Source: Raillietiella orientalis
Lineage: Eukaryota
NCBI GenBank assembly: GCA_036172245.1
Contig: JAYWIR010000037.1
Span: 124,001-188,000 of the forward strand
DNA length: 64,000 bases
Direction: 5' to 3'
Under the pieces are notes generated by a model. That model saw only the letters and a list, made by a program, of their open reading frames with translations, ran no database searches and was not told the DNA's origin. This document shows, piece by piece, positions 1-10,792 of the stretch. The translations under genes were made by a program, and so were the position numbers. The stretch's first letter is position 1; each line of letters starts with the position of its first letter.

Positions 1-1089
1 CAAATCGCAACTGTTAGAACTCATCTTCTGTACATGTGCCTGCGCAGGAGCGAAATCGCAACTGTTGCTTAGGGATGGAAATTCTGAAAAGAGAGCAAAG
101 CGTTCTGACAACAGTGCACTGGAAAATCGTAAACAGATGAAGACGATGGTGCCGAATACCCTTCTATCCTAAGACCTTTAGTACACTGTTTTGCGGGTGC
201 TAGAGGGACCCATGCAAGATGCATAAAGTATCTTTTAGGGATGTTAGAATGAGATGACTAGGAAATGCAGTGAGTTGCTTTCCAGTAACCTTTCCAAATG
301 CAGAACCGAGACAGAGCTGTCGCTGCAATGAGGTGATGCTGCGACAGAGGCTGGTCCCCTTCTCGATATCAAGGAACTTCCGGAGGGACTCACCAGTACG
401 GTGAAGACAGTGAAGGAGTGCTCCTCGGTTCATTCTGTGCGACGGAGACTGCGCTTGAAAGCAGTGCGATCAATAGCTACCTACGACAAGTCCTAAAGAC
501 CATCATGCAATGAAAGTTATTTTTGGAGAGCATCGAATCGATGCGGAAGTCCTTATTCATCAGTTAACAACATCCGCTTGAGGTTTCAGACGTATTCCCG
601 AGACCATGATGCTGACATACAACCGGGAATCCTTTTCTTCTGCTGATGACGGAGATGTACTTTTCTCGATGTTTGAACGAAAGTACCGTTCCCGAACGAT
701 GGTCTTACCTGCATCCAACCGAATCGGTGGCTTCCGGGTTTCTGGAGCTCTTGAAAGGTTCCTGAGGAAAAGGCAGCGAGGATCGCCGGGGATTGGTGAA
801 CGGGCCCGAAAGGGAAGAGCACGGGAAAGTGCGCTCGCCGATCCTGGCCTCCTAGGAAACCCGCTCTCCAGCAAAGAGAGATGAACCTATCTGAGCAATT
901 TTTCGATCCTGAGGATGAGAAAGGGTAAAGGATCTGATTTCTGATAGGAACCTGGAACCCATCTCGATGTGTCGGCGAACCAGACAATTCCGGGACCTAT
1001 CAGTTCTCAGAACCTCTTGGAGTCCTAGAGATAGCAGTAGTAGGTTCTGGAACGTATGCAATTTATTGCTAGCATAGTTTGCATGCTGA

Positions 1090-2480
1090 AAATTCCTTTC
1101 TTTTGGGGTTCATAAAGCGATGAAGAACCGTTCGCTTCCTTAAGGGGCTCAAAGGGCTCCGGAGCTCTTCAACGAAGCGGTCCACTCCACCCGAGGGTGC
1201 GTGTCACTCCTCAAGTTATAGAGGGGGGAATATCCTATGAATCCAGGAAGGAGTCCGTTCCTCTTGCTCTTGAGAGGGAGCCCCGCCCTGGTTACCTCTG
1301 AAGGGAATCCCGATGGGAACCTCCCATTCCTTGTTCTCTCTGGAGGAATCCGTTTTTTAGGGACCCTGCTGAAGGGGCCCATTCTCGTTTCCTGTCCAGA
1401 GGGGACCGCAAGGGAACCACTCCTTGTTGTGCTCGTCTGAAGAGAACCTCAAAGGGATGCTTCTAAATTTTTTTTGGAGGGCGCTCCCCCGAAGGGAGTA
1501 GCGCTCTTACACTCTTTCAAGCATGGTATCAACCAGTTCCGTGGTACGGCCCCATTTTCACAACCGGAGAGGAACCTTGAAGAGAACCGACTCCTTGATT
1601 CCTAGAGGGACCCGGCAGGGTCAACTTCCAATCCCGGAGGCCAGCCAACGGGAGGCAGCCGGCTTCTACCAGTGCCGCAGGCATCAGTGGACAAGGGGAA
1701 AGAGGTGGTCCCGAACTGTGCAAGGTGCGGGGTGCGGTAATCCCTCCCGCACCTCCTAGTGGACTGCGCTGCTCCCCGGACCCTTTGGGGACGCTTTGCC
1801 ACGACCCTGGGAACCCCCCGGCGGCAGCGCCAGAGACGTTGTAAAGCGCCTCTTCCAGCGCGACATCCCCACGCCGGCAGGCCTCATCCCTAGCAGCAGT
1901 TTAGCTGCCTAAGCGGCGGGATCGTGGCTCCATGGAACAACGCCAGAGGAGGCCAGGACGACAGGGACGACATCTATTTTGCTGTCCTCTTCATGAAGGC
2001 AGCGTCACGATGACTCCATCTGGGAACATTGAAACAGGAACTTGCCGGCATCCTTACAAGGATGCAGAGGACACTCTCCAGAACACAGTGATCCCTTCCC
2101 GAACCCCCCATTTCTTCACCGTATGTGCTTTGGTTTATTTTTTTCCCCCCTTTTGTTTGTCTTTCCTTCCCCTCGAGGCGAACTCCGCTGGCCTGCGTGC
2201 CGGTTCCCGGCAGGTTCCTTCTCGTAGTTATAAGCAATGTGGCAGAATCAAACGTCCTGCCACAGTCGTTTATTTTTTTTTGTAAATAAACGCCCCGGAG
2301 TGACCGGGTATCAACCAGTGCCGCCGCGACAACGGAACCTATAGGCCAACCAGCGTCATCTTGCAGGGAGTCCCTCTCCGCAAGATGGCGCTGGTTGTGT
2401 TCGCAGGCCAATCCTTCCCCCCGGGTGTGATTCGAACCTGCGACGCTCGGTACCACGCTCGCGGGAACCGCAACCACACG
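1090..2480 (-). mobile_element. Diverged SINE-like repeat (copy 3), split by LINE copy A
   Basis: Shares blocks GTCCACTCCACCCGAGGGT, GGAGTCCGT..TTGCTCTTGAGA, TTGATTCCT..GGACCCGG, CAGTGCCGC, AGGCCAAC.AGCGTCATC and ATTCGAACC with the reverse complement of copy 2; homology stops at 1678 and resumes at 2314. Confidence 0.65.
1679..2313 (+). mobile_element. 5'-truncated 3' end of the same LINE family (copy A), flanked by an 11-bp TSD
   Basis: Encodes NCARCGVR*SLPHLLVDC (homologous to copy B); T-rich UTR; AATAAA 2285-2290; flanked by ACCAGTGCCGC at 1668-1678 and 2314-2324. Confidence 0.8.
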
Positions 2481-3049
2481 ACAATCTCCACAGCAGGCAC
2501 CGCGGGCCGTGGAGGTTGTCGGTTTGGAAACCGCGTGCACGTCATATGTGCACTTTGCCGTGCACGCGTATCTGCATGCGATGTGTGCACTCTGAGAGCG
2601 TCCACAGGTCAAGGGTGGGTTTTTCCCGGAGAATGGGTGGCGGCAGCTTGCACTTTCGGGCATGGAATTCCCCGTGGGCATGAGCATTGAAAGAAACTGG
2701 TCCGATCGGCACTCTTCGCGGCATACCGAGAACATGGAGCAAGAGGTAGCATGTCGGGAGGAAAGATGATGAGACGGAATCTGCGCACGGACACGCAGCG
2801 GACACGTGCATGTGCTGCAGATTGATGTGGTCCGTGACGGGCAGCGCGGGCGTGAACTGGCTGGAGCTGAGAGCTGCGAGCCGCTTGCCACGTGCGAATG
2901 CTGGAAGCCACGCGGACGGGCCGGATGCGGCAAATCTCGTACTTCAGTTGATCACGGCTTCGCTGGTTAGGTAAGATGCGTAGGGTGTTGGCAGGTCTAC
3001 CGGACGGGATAGGCGTCGCGCACGCCGCGCCGAAAAGCGCGTTGCATTT

Positions 3050-3295
3050 TGGCTCCTTAATTCTGTTTCCTGGAAGGACCCCGGAGGGTCAACTCCCAAT
3101 CCTGGCCACTCATCGGGGGCAACCGGTTTTAACCGCCACCGATGCCGCATCCGAATGGAGGCCAACCAGCGTCATCTAGCGGGAGGATCTCGAACCCATG
3201 ACGCACCCCCTCCCCCATCTCCCGTCTTCGATTCTTTCCAGGTATTCGAACCCGCGACGCTTGGTGGTGCTAGGCGCAGAGACCGCAACCACGTG
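3050..3295 (-). mobile_element. Partial SINE-like repeat (copy 4, head region only)
   Basis: AGGCCAACCAGCGTCATC, ACCCATGACGCAC and ATTCGAACCCGC match the reverse complement of 52455-52690. Confidence 0.6.
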
Positions 3296-3599
3296 GCTTC
3301 TGCCGACGCCAACGCGCTTCCAGGGAGAAAGTCGCGCTCCCTCGGGAATTCCCCGCCTCAGGAACGTAGCCTGCCTGCAGAGGAGGTCCGGATGCTCCTC
3401 GGCAGATGAACTGCTGTAGTGCGCACGTGGTTCCTCCGGGTGGGGAGCTCTCGCATCTCTCTCGCGTGCCTAGCGGGATGGAGGGAACGGGAGCACGCGG
3501 AAGCTCTCCGCACTTCTGATGGTACCTTGCTCTGATGCACCGCTTTCCTGCTCCTCTCTTGCTCGGAAGCAGGTATCTCCCCCTCCCCCTTTCCCTTCA

Positions 3600-4100
3600 C
3601 CCACACCTGCAGGTTTGCGCGACTTGGGAGACGACGACGAAGAGCGAGATGATGATGAGCAGGGTAAGTGCGAGAAGGCGATTTGAGAAGGGGAGGAGAG
3701 ACATCCATCCATCCCTCTGCTCAACATGCAAAGACACACGAAGAGGAAGAAAACCGTTTGGCGGCTCCAGGGTGGCAGACGCAGTGAGTCCGGCGACGCG
3801 AGATGCGACTGGAGACCAACGGGGCCAACGACAGGCGAATCCTCAGAGGACCCCCTCCACCTGATCGGCCGCAGGAGCCCACTCGAGGGAACCTCGCGCG
3901 CATCCTCAGTGCGCGTCTCCTGGCTACTCCGGAATCCTAACGGGCGTTTCGCCTCCTCCTTGACCTTGGACGGGACTCGCGACCGAGGAGACCGCCAAGT
4001 CATCACCCCCTTGCGCACCCACTGCTTGTTGAGCCCAGTTCTGGTGGACGGAGCTACCGACTGGTGACCCGACGTGCTTAGGTCCTAAGGGAGTCAGTCG
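3600..4100 (-). mobile_element. Possible decayed LINE ORF1 (gag-like, zinc-knuckle) fragment
   Basis: PLRIRLSLAPLVSSRISRRRTHCVCHPGAAKR...CVFAC*AEG loosely resembles the region preceding the CCHC knuckle of Tx1/L1 ORF1; canonical CCHC spacing is not intact. Confidence 0.25.
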
Positions 4101-4884
4101 GTCGGCAGCCAACGGGACCATCTTCAGCCGAGAGACCTTGCTCCTGCTCTCCAGGAAGGGAAAAGCGGCACAGAGATGGGGCGAAGAGGATTTTTTTCGA
4201 GTGGTGGTTGAGGACAGCGCGCGTCACTGCCACCTCCCTAACAACTCATGCAGCCTCGTGATCCAAAGACGCGACCCCTGTCGTTACCTTTGGTCCGTTG
4301 GCCGAAGATCGTGGAGCACCCTGTTGACTGTAGGCTTCCTGCTTGTTCTTCTGCAGCTCCCTTGGAAGGGCAAGCCTAGTTAGAGGAAGACGGATCCATC
4401 CTCCTCCCTCCGCCCTTGAGCGAGGGCAATCCGCGCAAAGTGTATCCTTGGAAACCAGAGATTGGGGGGGGGGGCGCACAAGACGGGAGGGACAAGCTTG
4501 TGCGTTTCCACCTGCGACCCAGCCCGACTCCGGAATGCTGATCACCGGATTTCCGACAAGGTTCAGGGCCTTCCCTATCTGACGGCACGTGGGGTGCAAC
4601 TAAACGGCATGCCCAGGGAGGGCACCCTCACCTAGAGGAACTCCAAAGTTGCGCGTCGAGCAGAAAGCCCGGGACCCTCCATTCGCCACCGCGGGGCGCG
4701 CTCACGCCGCCGACATGTGGCTGCCTCTGAGCGGAGCGGCCGCCGGAAGGTGTCCGCTCAGGGAAAGTAGTGGGAAAGGAAATAAATGAATATTAAACGA
4801 AAAAAGTTTTAAAATGCCCCGGGGGTGAGGAAAAGGACCTCAGATTGCTCTCTGGTGGCCCCTGCATCCTCTCAAGGAGGCGGG

Positions 4885-5590
4885 CCCGCTCTGGAGACCG
4901 TGGAGCAGCGCTCCCCGCGCGCGTGATACCAGGCACTGCGGGTTCGAATCCCTCCCTGGGGGAAGGATCGACGCCGAGAATGGATTGACGCCGAGAATGA
5001 GGGGTGCGTCTGGGTTTCGGGTCCCCCATCCGCAGGATGACGCTAGTTGGCCTATTCGGGAGCGGCACTGCTGGAAGCAGCCGGATACCCCCGTTGTCCG
5101 ATCGGGATTGGAATTCGATTCTCCGGGTCCATCCAGGAATCAACGAGCCGGTTCCTTTCGAGGTTGCTTTCCGGATTGTGCAGATGGAGCGCCCTCCCTC
5201 TCGGAGGAGGAGAGCCTCCATGGAGCTGGTGGGTTGATATCCTCTCCAGAGTGTGGAGAAGCGCGCTGCTCCCTTGAGGGTTCCCTCCGGAGAAGAAATT
5301 CCAAGAGCCGATCCTTTCTGGGTTCCCTTCGAAGAAGAAATGAGGATCAGCCCCCACAAACTGGGGGACCCTTTCGGAGAGAATGAGGAAGAAGAGGTTT
5401 CCTTCGGGGTTCCGTTCGGAGACACGTAGGACGAGGGTTTCGAGATTCAATCTCAAGAGCAAAAGGGACGGACTCCTTTCTCCAGAGCCCTTCCTGCTAC
5501 ACTCACCCTCTGGTGAAGTGGGAAAACGGTTCTTTAAAGGCTGTGTACCCTCACCCCACTTTCCCTAAGGAAGACGGTTTCTCAGTACGA
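4885..5590 (+). mobile_element. tRNA-headed SINE-like interspersed repeat (copy 1)
   Basis: Pol III B-box GGTTCGAATCC at 4941-4951 with a weak A-box-like TGGAGCAGCG upstream; about 480 bp nearly identical to ~52548-53030; internal 17-bp tandem duplication 4966-4999. Confidence 0.7.
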
Positions 5591-5974
5591 CACTTTGATC
5601 CTAGCCAAAAGGCCGAGAAGCGATCAGTACTTAGCGAACCAAAAAGAAAAGCTAAAAGGAAAGCAGAACCTCCAAAGATTTCCATCATCTTACTGGTCCT
5701 CCTTGTTCCAATGCTGCCCTTCCTGAGGGACGCAAGGGACAGCGCCATCCCAGCGAGGTGAGAAGTAAAGTGCCGCATAGCAGCAAAGAAGAAACTTCTG
5801 GGTGCGTGGACAACTCGGGAAGTGACGGACTCTGCGATCCCGAGTGTACCACCCCAAGGACTTACCCACTCCTGGGCGAGCTGCTCACTATCCTTCCAGG
5901 GGGCATGAAGTGGCTTCCAGCGTGCTGGAACAGTGTCGCACGCCCCATAAGTGGGAGGAGTTGGCTCCGCTTTC

Positions 5975-8005
5975 ACATCCGGGTGCGCCGGGGAGTTTAT
6001 TTTTCTGAAAAAAAAAAAAACAAGCATGTGTAGGGCCATTGCCCCTACAGCGTCTGATAAAAAATACTTTGAACTTGCCGAGTTGCCAGGCCGGCGAGTT
6101 CGACTCGGCAGCAGAGGGGGAAGAGACAAATAAAAACAAAAAAAAGAGAACACTATTTACAAAAGCAGGGAGGGGTCGGGGAAGGGATCACGTTCCGCTG
6201 GGGTCGTCCTCTACATCCTTTCCAGGATGCCGGAAAGTTCAGTCCGCATACATCCCAGATGGGGCCATCGGACTGCCGTCCTCAGGAAGCCCAGGGCGGA
6301 GCAGATGATGTCCCTATCGTTTGATCCATCAGTGGCGGTGCTCCAGGCCGCCACAATCCCTCGTAGGTAGCAGAGGGCTGCAAAAGTTGCGGCAGGCGAA
6401 AGAGCGTCGCGCACAAAGAGGCGCTTCAATACGTCTCGCTGTTCATGGTTGTACCAAGGGCCGTTGAGAAACGCAACCGCAGGGGCTGGAGGGCAACAGT
6501 CAAGAAGCAGGTGCGGGAGGGATTCCCGTTCCCCGCACCTGACACAGTTTGGGTCCACAGCCCCCCTCGTCCAGTGAGATCGGCGGGCGTTGCTGGGGAG
6601 TCCCCAATGCAACACCAGAAACGCCGACTCCTGCCACTTCAGGGGGAGGGCTCGGGTATTCTTCAGCACTGGGGACCACTCAAGTACATCTAGCGGGGTG
6701 CTCAGTAGCTCACCCCAGCGCAATAGTCCTTTCGGTGGGGCACTTGGGGTCGCAGCGTCAGTTAGCTGGCCCGTGGTCCAACCACCTTGTTCTCTCTCTC
6801 TTGACGAGATTCTGCATCGGACCTCCTACTTGGCCGGCTGACTACTTAGGTGCTCCCTGAGGTAGGGCAGAGCCGCAGCAAGGGAGGTCCTCTCAGCCCA
6901 CGGACTTGAGGCGGGCTGCACGATGATGTCCTGCAGCAAGAGGCTGTTGTAAAAGGAGTGCAGCAGTCGCTGCTGCAACTCCGGGCTCGCTTCCCCAATT
7001 TGGGCCCACGTGCGAAGGCTTTCCTGTGCCGTTCGCGGAATGGAGGATCCAGGTGTTCATCCTGGTCAGCTTGACCACTCGCCGAAGTGCCACTCCGCAG
7101 TGGAACAGGTACCGGTGTTTGCGGCGCGCTAGGAAGGTAGACAGTCCCGCGCAGCCTCTGGCTTGCTGAACCAGGTGTCGTGTAGGCTCGCACCAGCTGG
7201 TGCTCCACAACTGAGCCACTAGGGCTAGCGTCCTGAACTGCAGTTGCAGTTCCAGCCGCTCCAACGTCAGGAGGCCGAGGCCTCCATCGCGACGCGGTGC
7301 ACACAAGTCCTTCAGGCGGACTCGGGGCCTCCCTCTGCCCCCTCAGGAGGTCCTTCGTCCGCCTCTTCACACCGCAGGTCGAGGGGCAAACAAAAAGGAA
7401 GTGGCGAAAAACGGGAGCCACGAACGTGTTCCACACCACGGCTTGTTCCGGCAAGAAAAACTCGCCATCCAGGAACGGGCCGATCGCCTTCTCGGCCTTT
7501 GGCAGGCAGCCAGACCGGAGAGTATTCCCCCGACGGCACACCGAGGTACTTGAAGTACCGCATTGTGGGGATCCCCAAGCGGAACCAGTCCTGTTGCCCT
7601 GCCCACGACGAACCGACTGCAACCACGGACGACTTCGCTCTGTTCACCTCCAGTCCTGTCCTGCGGTCCAGCAGCTGGAAAAAGTTTTCGACCGCCGACG
7701 CCGCGGTGGACATGGGGAGCAGCAGCAGAAGATCGTCCGCATACGACGCCACGGCCAGTGTACCTGGGCACACGCGCGGCAGGCGAGCTAGAGTCTCCCT
7801 GTACGCCCTCAGCACCAGCTCGGAGTAGGTGCTGAAGAGCAAGGGGCTCAAGCTGTCACCCTGACGTATCTCGCGGCCCACCGGCACACCGAACACGTTT
7901 CTTCCGCTAAAAGAGACGTTCGTTAGCGCGTCGCGCCAGCAAGAGCGCAGAAAGGCCATTAAAGAGGCTGGGAAGCCCAAGCGTTCCAGAAGCTCCAGCA
8001 GGAGC
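5975..8005 (-). mobile_element. 5'-truncated, frameshifted L1/Tx1-like LINE ORF2 (RT + C-terminal zinc-binding domain) with 3' UTR (copy B)
   Basis: RT motifs LERLGFP, GREIRQGDSLSPLLF, ASYADD, GLEVNRAKS, FKYLG (ORF 7312-8028); APRRDGGLGL (6893-7306); CVRCGERESLPHLLLDC (6211-6723); these lie in separate broken ORFs. T-rich 3' UTR, AATAAA (5996-6001 on -), terminal hairpin 5979-5991. Confidence 0.88.
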
Positions 8006-8011
8006 TCCTGG

Positions 8012-8666
8012 CGCTGCTGGCGTTGCATGGGGGAATCCCATGCAAAGCGCGCCTACACCACTGGATGCGGGTGAGTGTGGACGCTCAGTGCGACAGGTGC
8101 GGGAAGAAGGAGACCCTCTCGCACCTGCTGTTGGACTGTGCTGCCCTCTGACCCCTTTGGGATCGCGTAGCGACGACCCTTGGAATCCCTCTGGGCACCC
8201 CAGGAACATTTTGAAACTCCTCCTCGCGCGCGGTGCCGCACTGCCGCCAGCTGCGTCCTTCTCTGCTGAGCCCGCAAAATCGTGGCAGCCTGGAACGCAG
8301 GAAGAGGCCAGAATGGTAGGGACGCTATCCACAGGGCGCGGATTTTTCTGAGGACCGCCTTGAGATGGCTGCACCTGGGCACTATCCGGATAAAACTGGC
8401 CAGCATCCTGAACGGGATGCCGGAGACGCCTGGCAGCGCAACGTGATCCTGTCCTCGATCTCCCCCCTCACTGTGTATAAATTACCATCTCCCGCTTTGC
8501 ATGTTTATTTTTCTTTATTTTTGTTTTCCCTTCCCCCACCCTGCCGAGCAGACCTCGTCGGTCTGCGTACCTGTGTTCGGGAGCGGATATGCATGTTAGA
8601 ACCAACGGTTCTACCACATGTATTTTTATTACTCTAAGTAATAAACTCCCCGGCATGACCGGGTGA
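8012..8666 (+). mobile_element. 5'-truncated 3' end of the same LINE family (copy C)
   Basis: LHGGIPCKARLHHW...QCDRCGKKETLSHLLLDC then stops/frameshifts; RTALRWLHLG; T-rich UTR; AATAAA 8640-8645; hairpin 8649-8663. Confidence 0.8.
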
Positions 8667-9150
8667 TCCTGGTTGTGCCTCAGGCGCGGCCATCTCGTCG
8701 CAATCCTCAGGAACAAGAAGACGAAGGAAATGGTGGCTTCTCTGTTGTTCCGGTCACTGTCGTAGGGGGTTTTCCGCGGACGCAGCACATAAACTGCGAC
8801 CGCCGCGGCAGGCGACATCCCGCCACACGTGAAGAGGCGCCTGATTAAGGCCGTCGGGTAGTGGTTTTCTGGGAAGTTCAGAGACGTGGCCAAACGCCCC
8901 TTACACCACACCAGAGGTCAACACGATCCAGAAGCAGTTGTGGAGAGGTTTTCCTTCCCCCGCACCTGTCACAGTCTGAGACCACATCTTCCCTACATGT
9001 TTAGTGGTAGAGGCATGCGTTGCATGGGATGGCCCAATGCAGGAGTCGCACCGCTGAGAACTGCCACTCGGAGAAGAAGAAGCAACGGAGCTATCCAAGA
9101 ACACCGCGGGGATCTCCACTTTCTCCAACGGGATTCCTGGAGAGATCCGC
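8667..9150 (-). mobile_element. Decayed ORF2 C-terminal fragment of the same LINE family (copy D)
   Basis: Minus strand reads EWQFSAVRLLHWAIPCNA...DCDRCGGRKTSPQLLLD and LIRRLF...LRIATRWPRL, aligning with copy B KWQESAFLVLHWGLP...VLKRLF...LRTAVRWPHL. Left boundary abuts copy C; right boundary approximate. Confidence 0.7.
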
Positions 9151-9315
9151 CCAGCGGAGAAGTCCTTTGGGGAGGGCGATGGGAGCGTAAACCTCAGTCA
9201 GCTGACGCGCCACCCTGCATCTCGACTGCTTCTTTTGTCCTGCGATCTTGCAGTTCATTTCCCATCTCACGGGCTGGTGGCTGTCCTGGATATCCCGCAG
9301 GGACGGCAGGATCTA

Positions 9316-9553
9316 CAGAGAGTATTTTGTTGATATCACTTACATTTTGTCATCGTCCCACAAGCAATGACAGAAGCCTTAGTTTTGGTAACTCAGTGGC
9401 TGAGCCGAGAAAAGCCACAGTAAATGATGACTTTAGTTGGCAAGAAAATATATTGAACATCATTTAGACGAGGTAAAGATGCTAAATAGGACAGTGTGCT
9501 AGAAGAATACGATGGATAGAAGCATGAGTGCAATCTTTACATGTTGAAAGACA
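9316..9553. repeat. Direct repeat, copy 1 (~230 bp)
   Basis: Shares long exact blocks (ATCACTTACATTTTGTCATCGTCCCACAA; AAAGATGCTAAATAGGACAGTGTGCTAGAAGAATACGATGGATAGAAGCATGAGTG) with 10793-11019. Confidence 0.85.
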
Positions 9554-10792
9554 CGTAAAGATCTCCTATAGGAGGAGGAAGAGATCTGGAAACACAGCTG
9601 CTCGGAAAAGGTAAAACGTTCGTCGGACCATCGCGGATCAAAGATGCAGCAGTCAGCGTTGGAAATGCCCACTGCGTCGCCGAGGTGTGGCTCCTCCAAA
9701 GTTGCAAAAATGGCCCTTCCGTTTTTATCAGCGCTGACAGTCTCAGCACAGCCAAGCTGGACCATGGCCATGTTGCTCTGACAACCGAGTTGCAGAATTT
9801 CCGAAGAAGAACAGTAGTTAGTTACGCGACAAGGGAAGCTTCTGGGATAAACAAGCACGCGTGGATCCGAGGAAGCAGAACCCTTCGTGTTGGGCTCAGC
9901 ATGCCATTCTTGAAAAGTTGAACGGCATGGGACGAAGAATCCGGTTGATTCGTAGCTAGAGGACATGGAAACCATCTGATGAAGCAATGTCAGTGCATCG
10001 TCCTTCCCTGCGATAACTTTCTAAAGGATGAATGGAACACATTTGTTGAGCTTGCAAGCAGCTTACCGCATTGCTCACATTCTTATCAGAGGAACCGTGT
10101 CAGAAGAACCCAGAACATGACGTGTCGTCATCCCCCTTACATGGATTTCTCGGTTTCTCAAGTCCCAACAAATTTGGAGTTGCTAAGGGACTGCTTAGAA
10201 TGTCTTGAGTTTCTCGAGAACCATGTGTAAGACCCATGGAGCCCTGGGTTAGTTCGTGTGCGGGTAGTCCAGCTCGAAGCAGCAAATGGATAGACCGTGC
10301 AACGAGAAACTTCATTATGTGGAACTCTAGAAGACAAAGACTGACGTACGTGTGTGTCCATGTTGCTTTCCTTGTCTGAACCTAAGCAGACTGAAACGAC
10401 AACATAATCAAGACATTGGGAGAAAATTAATCCTCAACAGGTCAATTCGATGCTAATCATTCAGATTTATGCATTTGTTAAGGCAGTGCAACAATAAACG
10501 ATAATTTATGATAATCATGGGAATTTCAAATGAAGAGACCGTATAATCTGTGCATACGTTGCATCGCTAAAGGTTTGGAGGAAGCTTTCGGATTTCCCGT
10601 TTCTTAGGGAGTGAGCTCCCGTGCCATGCTTGTCTCCATGCAATGATGCACTCCACAATTCGTTTCTCAAAATCCGTGGTGTGTATCTTGTCTGCTGTAT
10701 GTACTGCGAGCGGAATTCCTGAAGCAAAATGGGACGGAAGTACCTCTTTCTGATCTTCCTTAATTCAGCCTTGTATCTCTTGTCCGATAACA

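Noticed and set aside
2..66. AAATCGCAACTGTT repeated at 2-15 and 53-66
   Set aside because: Only two copies at the window edge; cannot be interpreted without upstream sequence.
120..1060. Possible Gypsy protease remnant (RLYVSIMVSGIRLKPQAD, minus strand)
   Set aside because: Catalytic DTG/DSG absent and no convincing neighbouring motifs.
4670..4765. HDV-like ribozyme candidate (GGCGAATGG on minus strand near a CTGAGCGGA/TCCGCTCAG hairpin)
   Set aside because: No P1 pairing and no canonical L3/P1.1 could be built; only a simple hairpin remains.
4885..4960. tRNA gene at the GGTTCGAATCC B-box
   Set aside because: No cloverleaf (acceptor and anticodon stems do not pair); treated as a SINE head.
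5600..5970. Integrase-core-like text in ORF 5551-6153 (-)
   Set aside because: Only loose resemblance; catalytic residues not identifiable.
10544..10558. 15-bp exact match to 56485-56499
   Set aside because: One or two such matches are expected by chance in 64 kb; flanks do not align.
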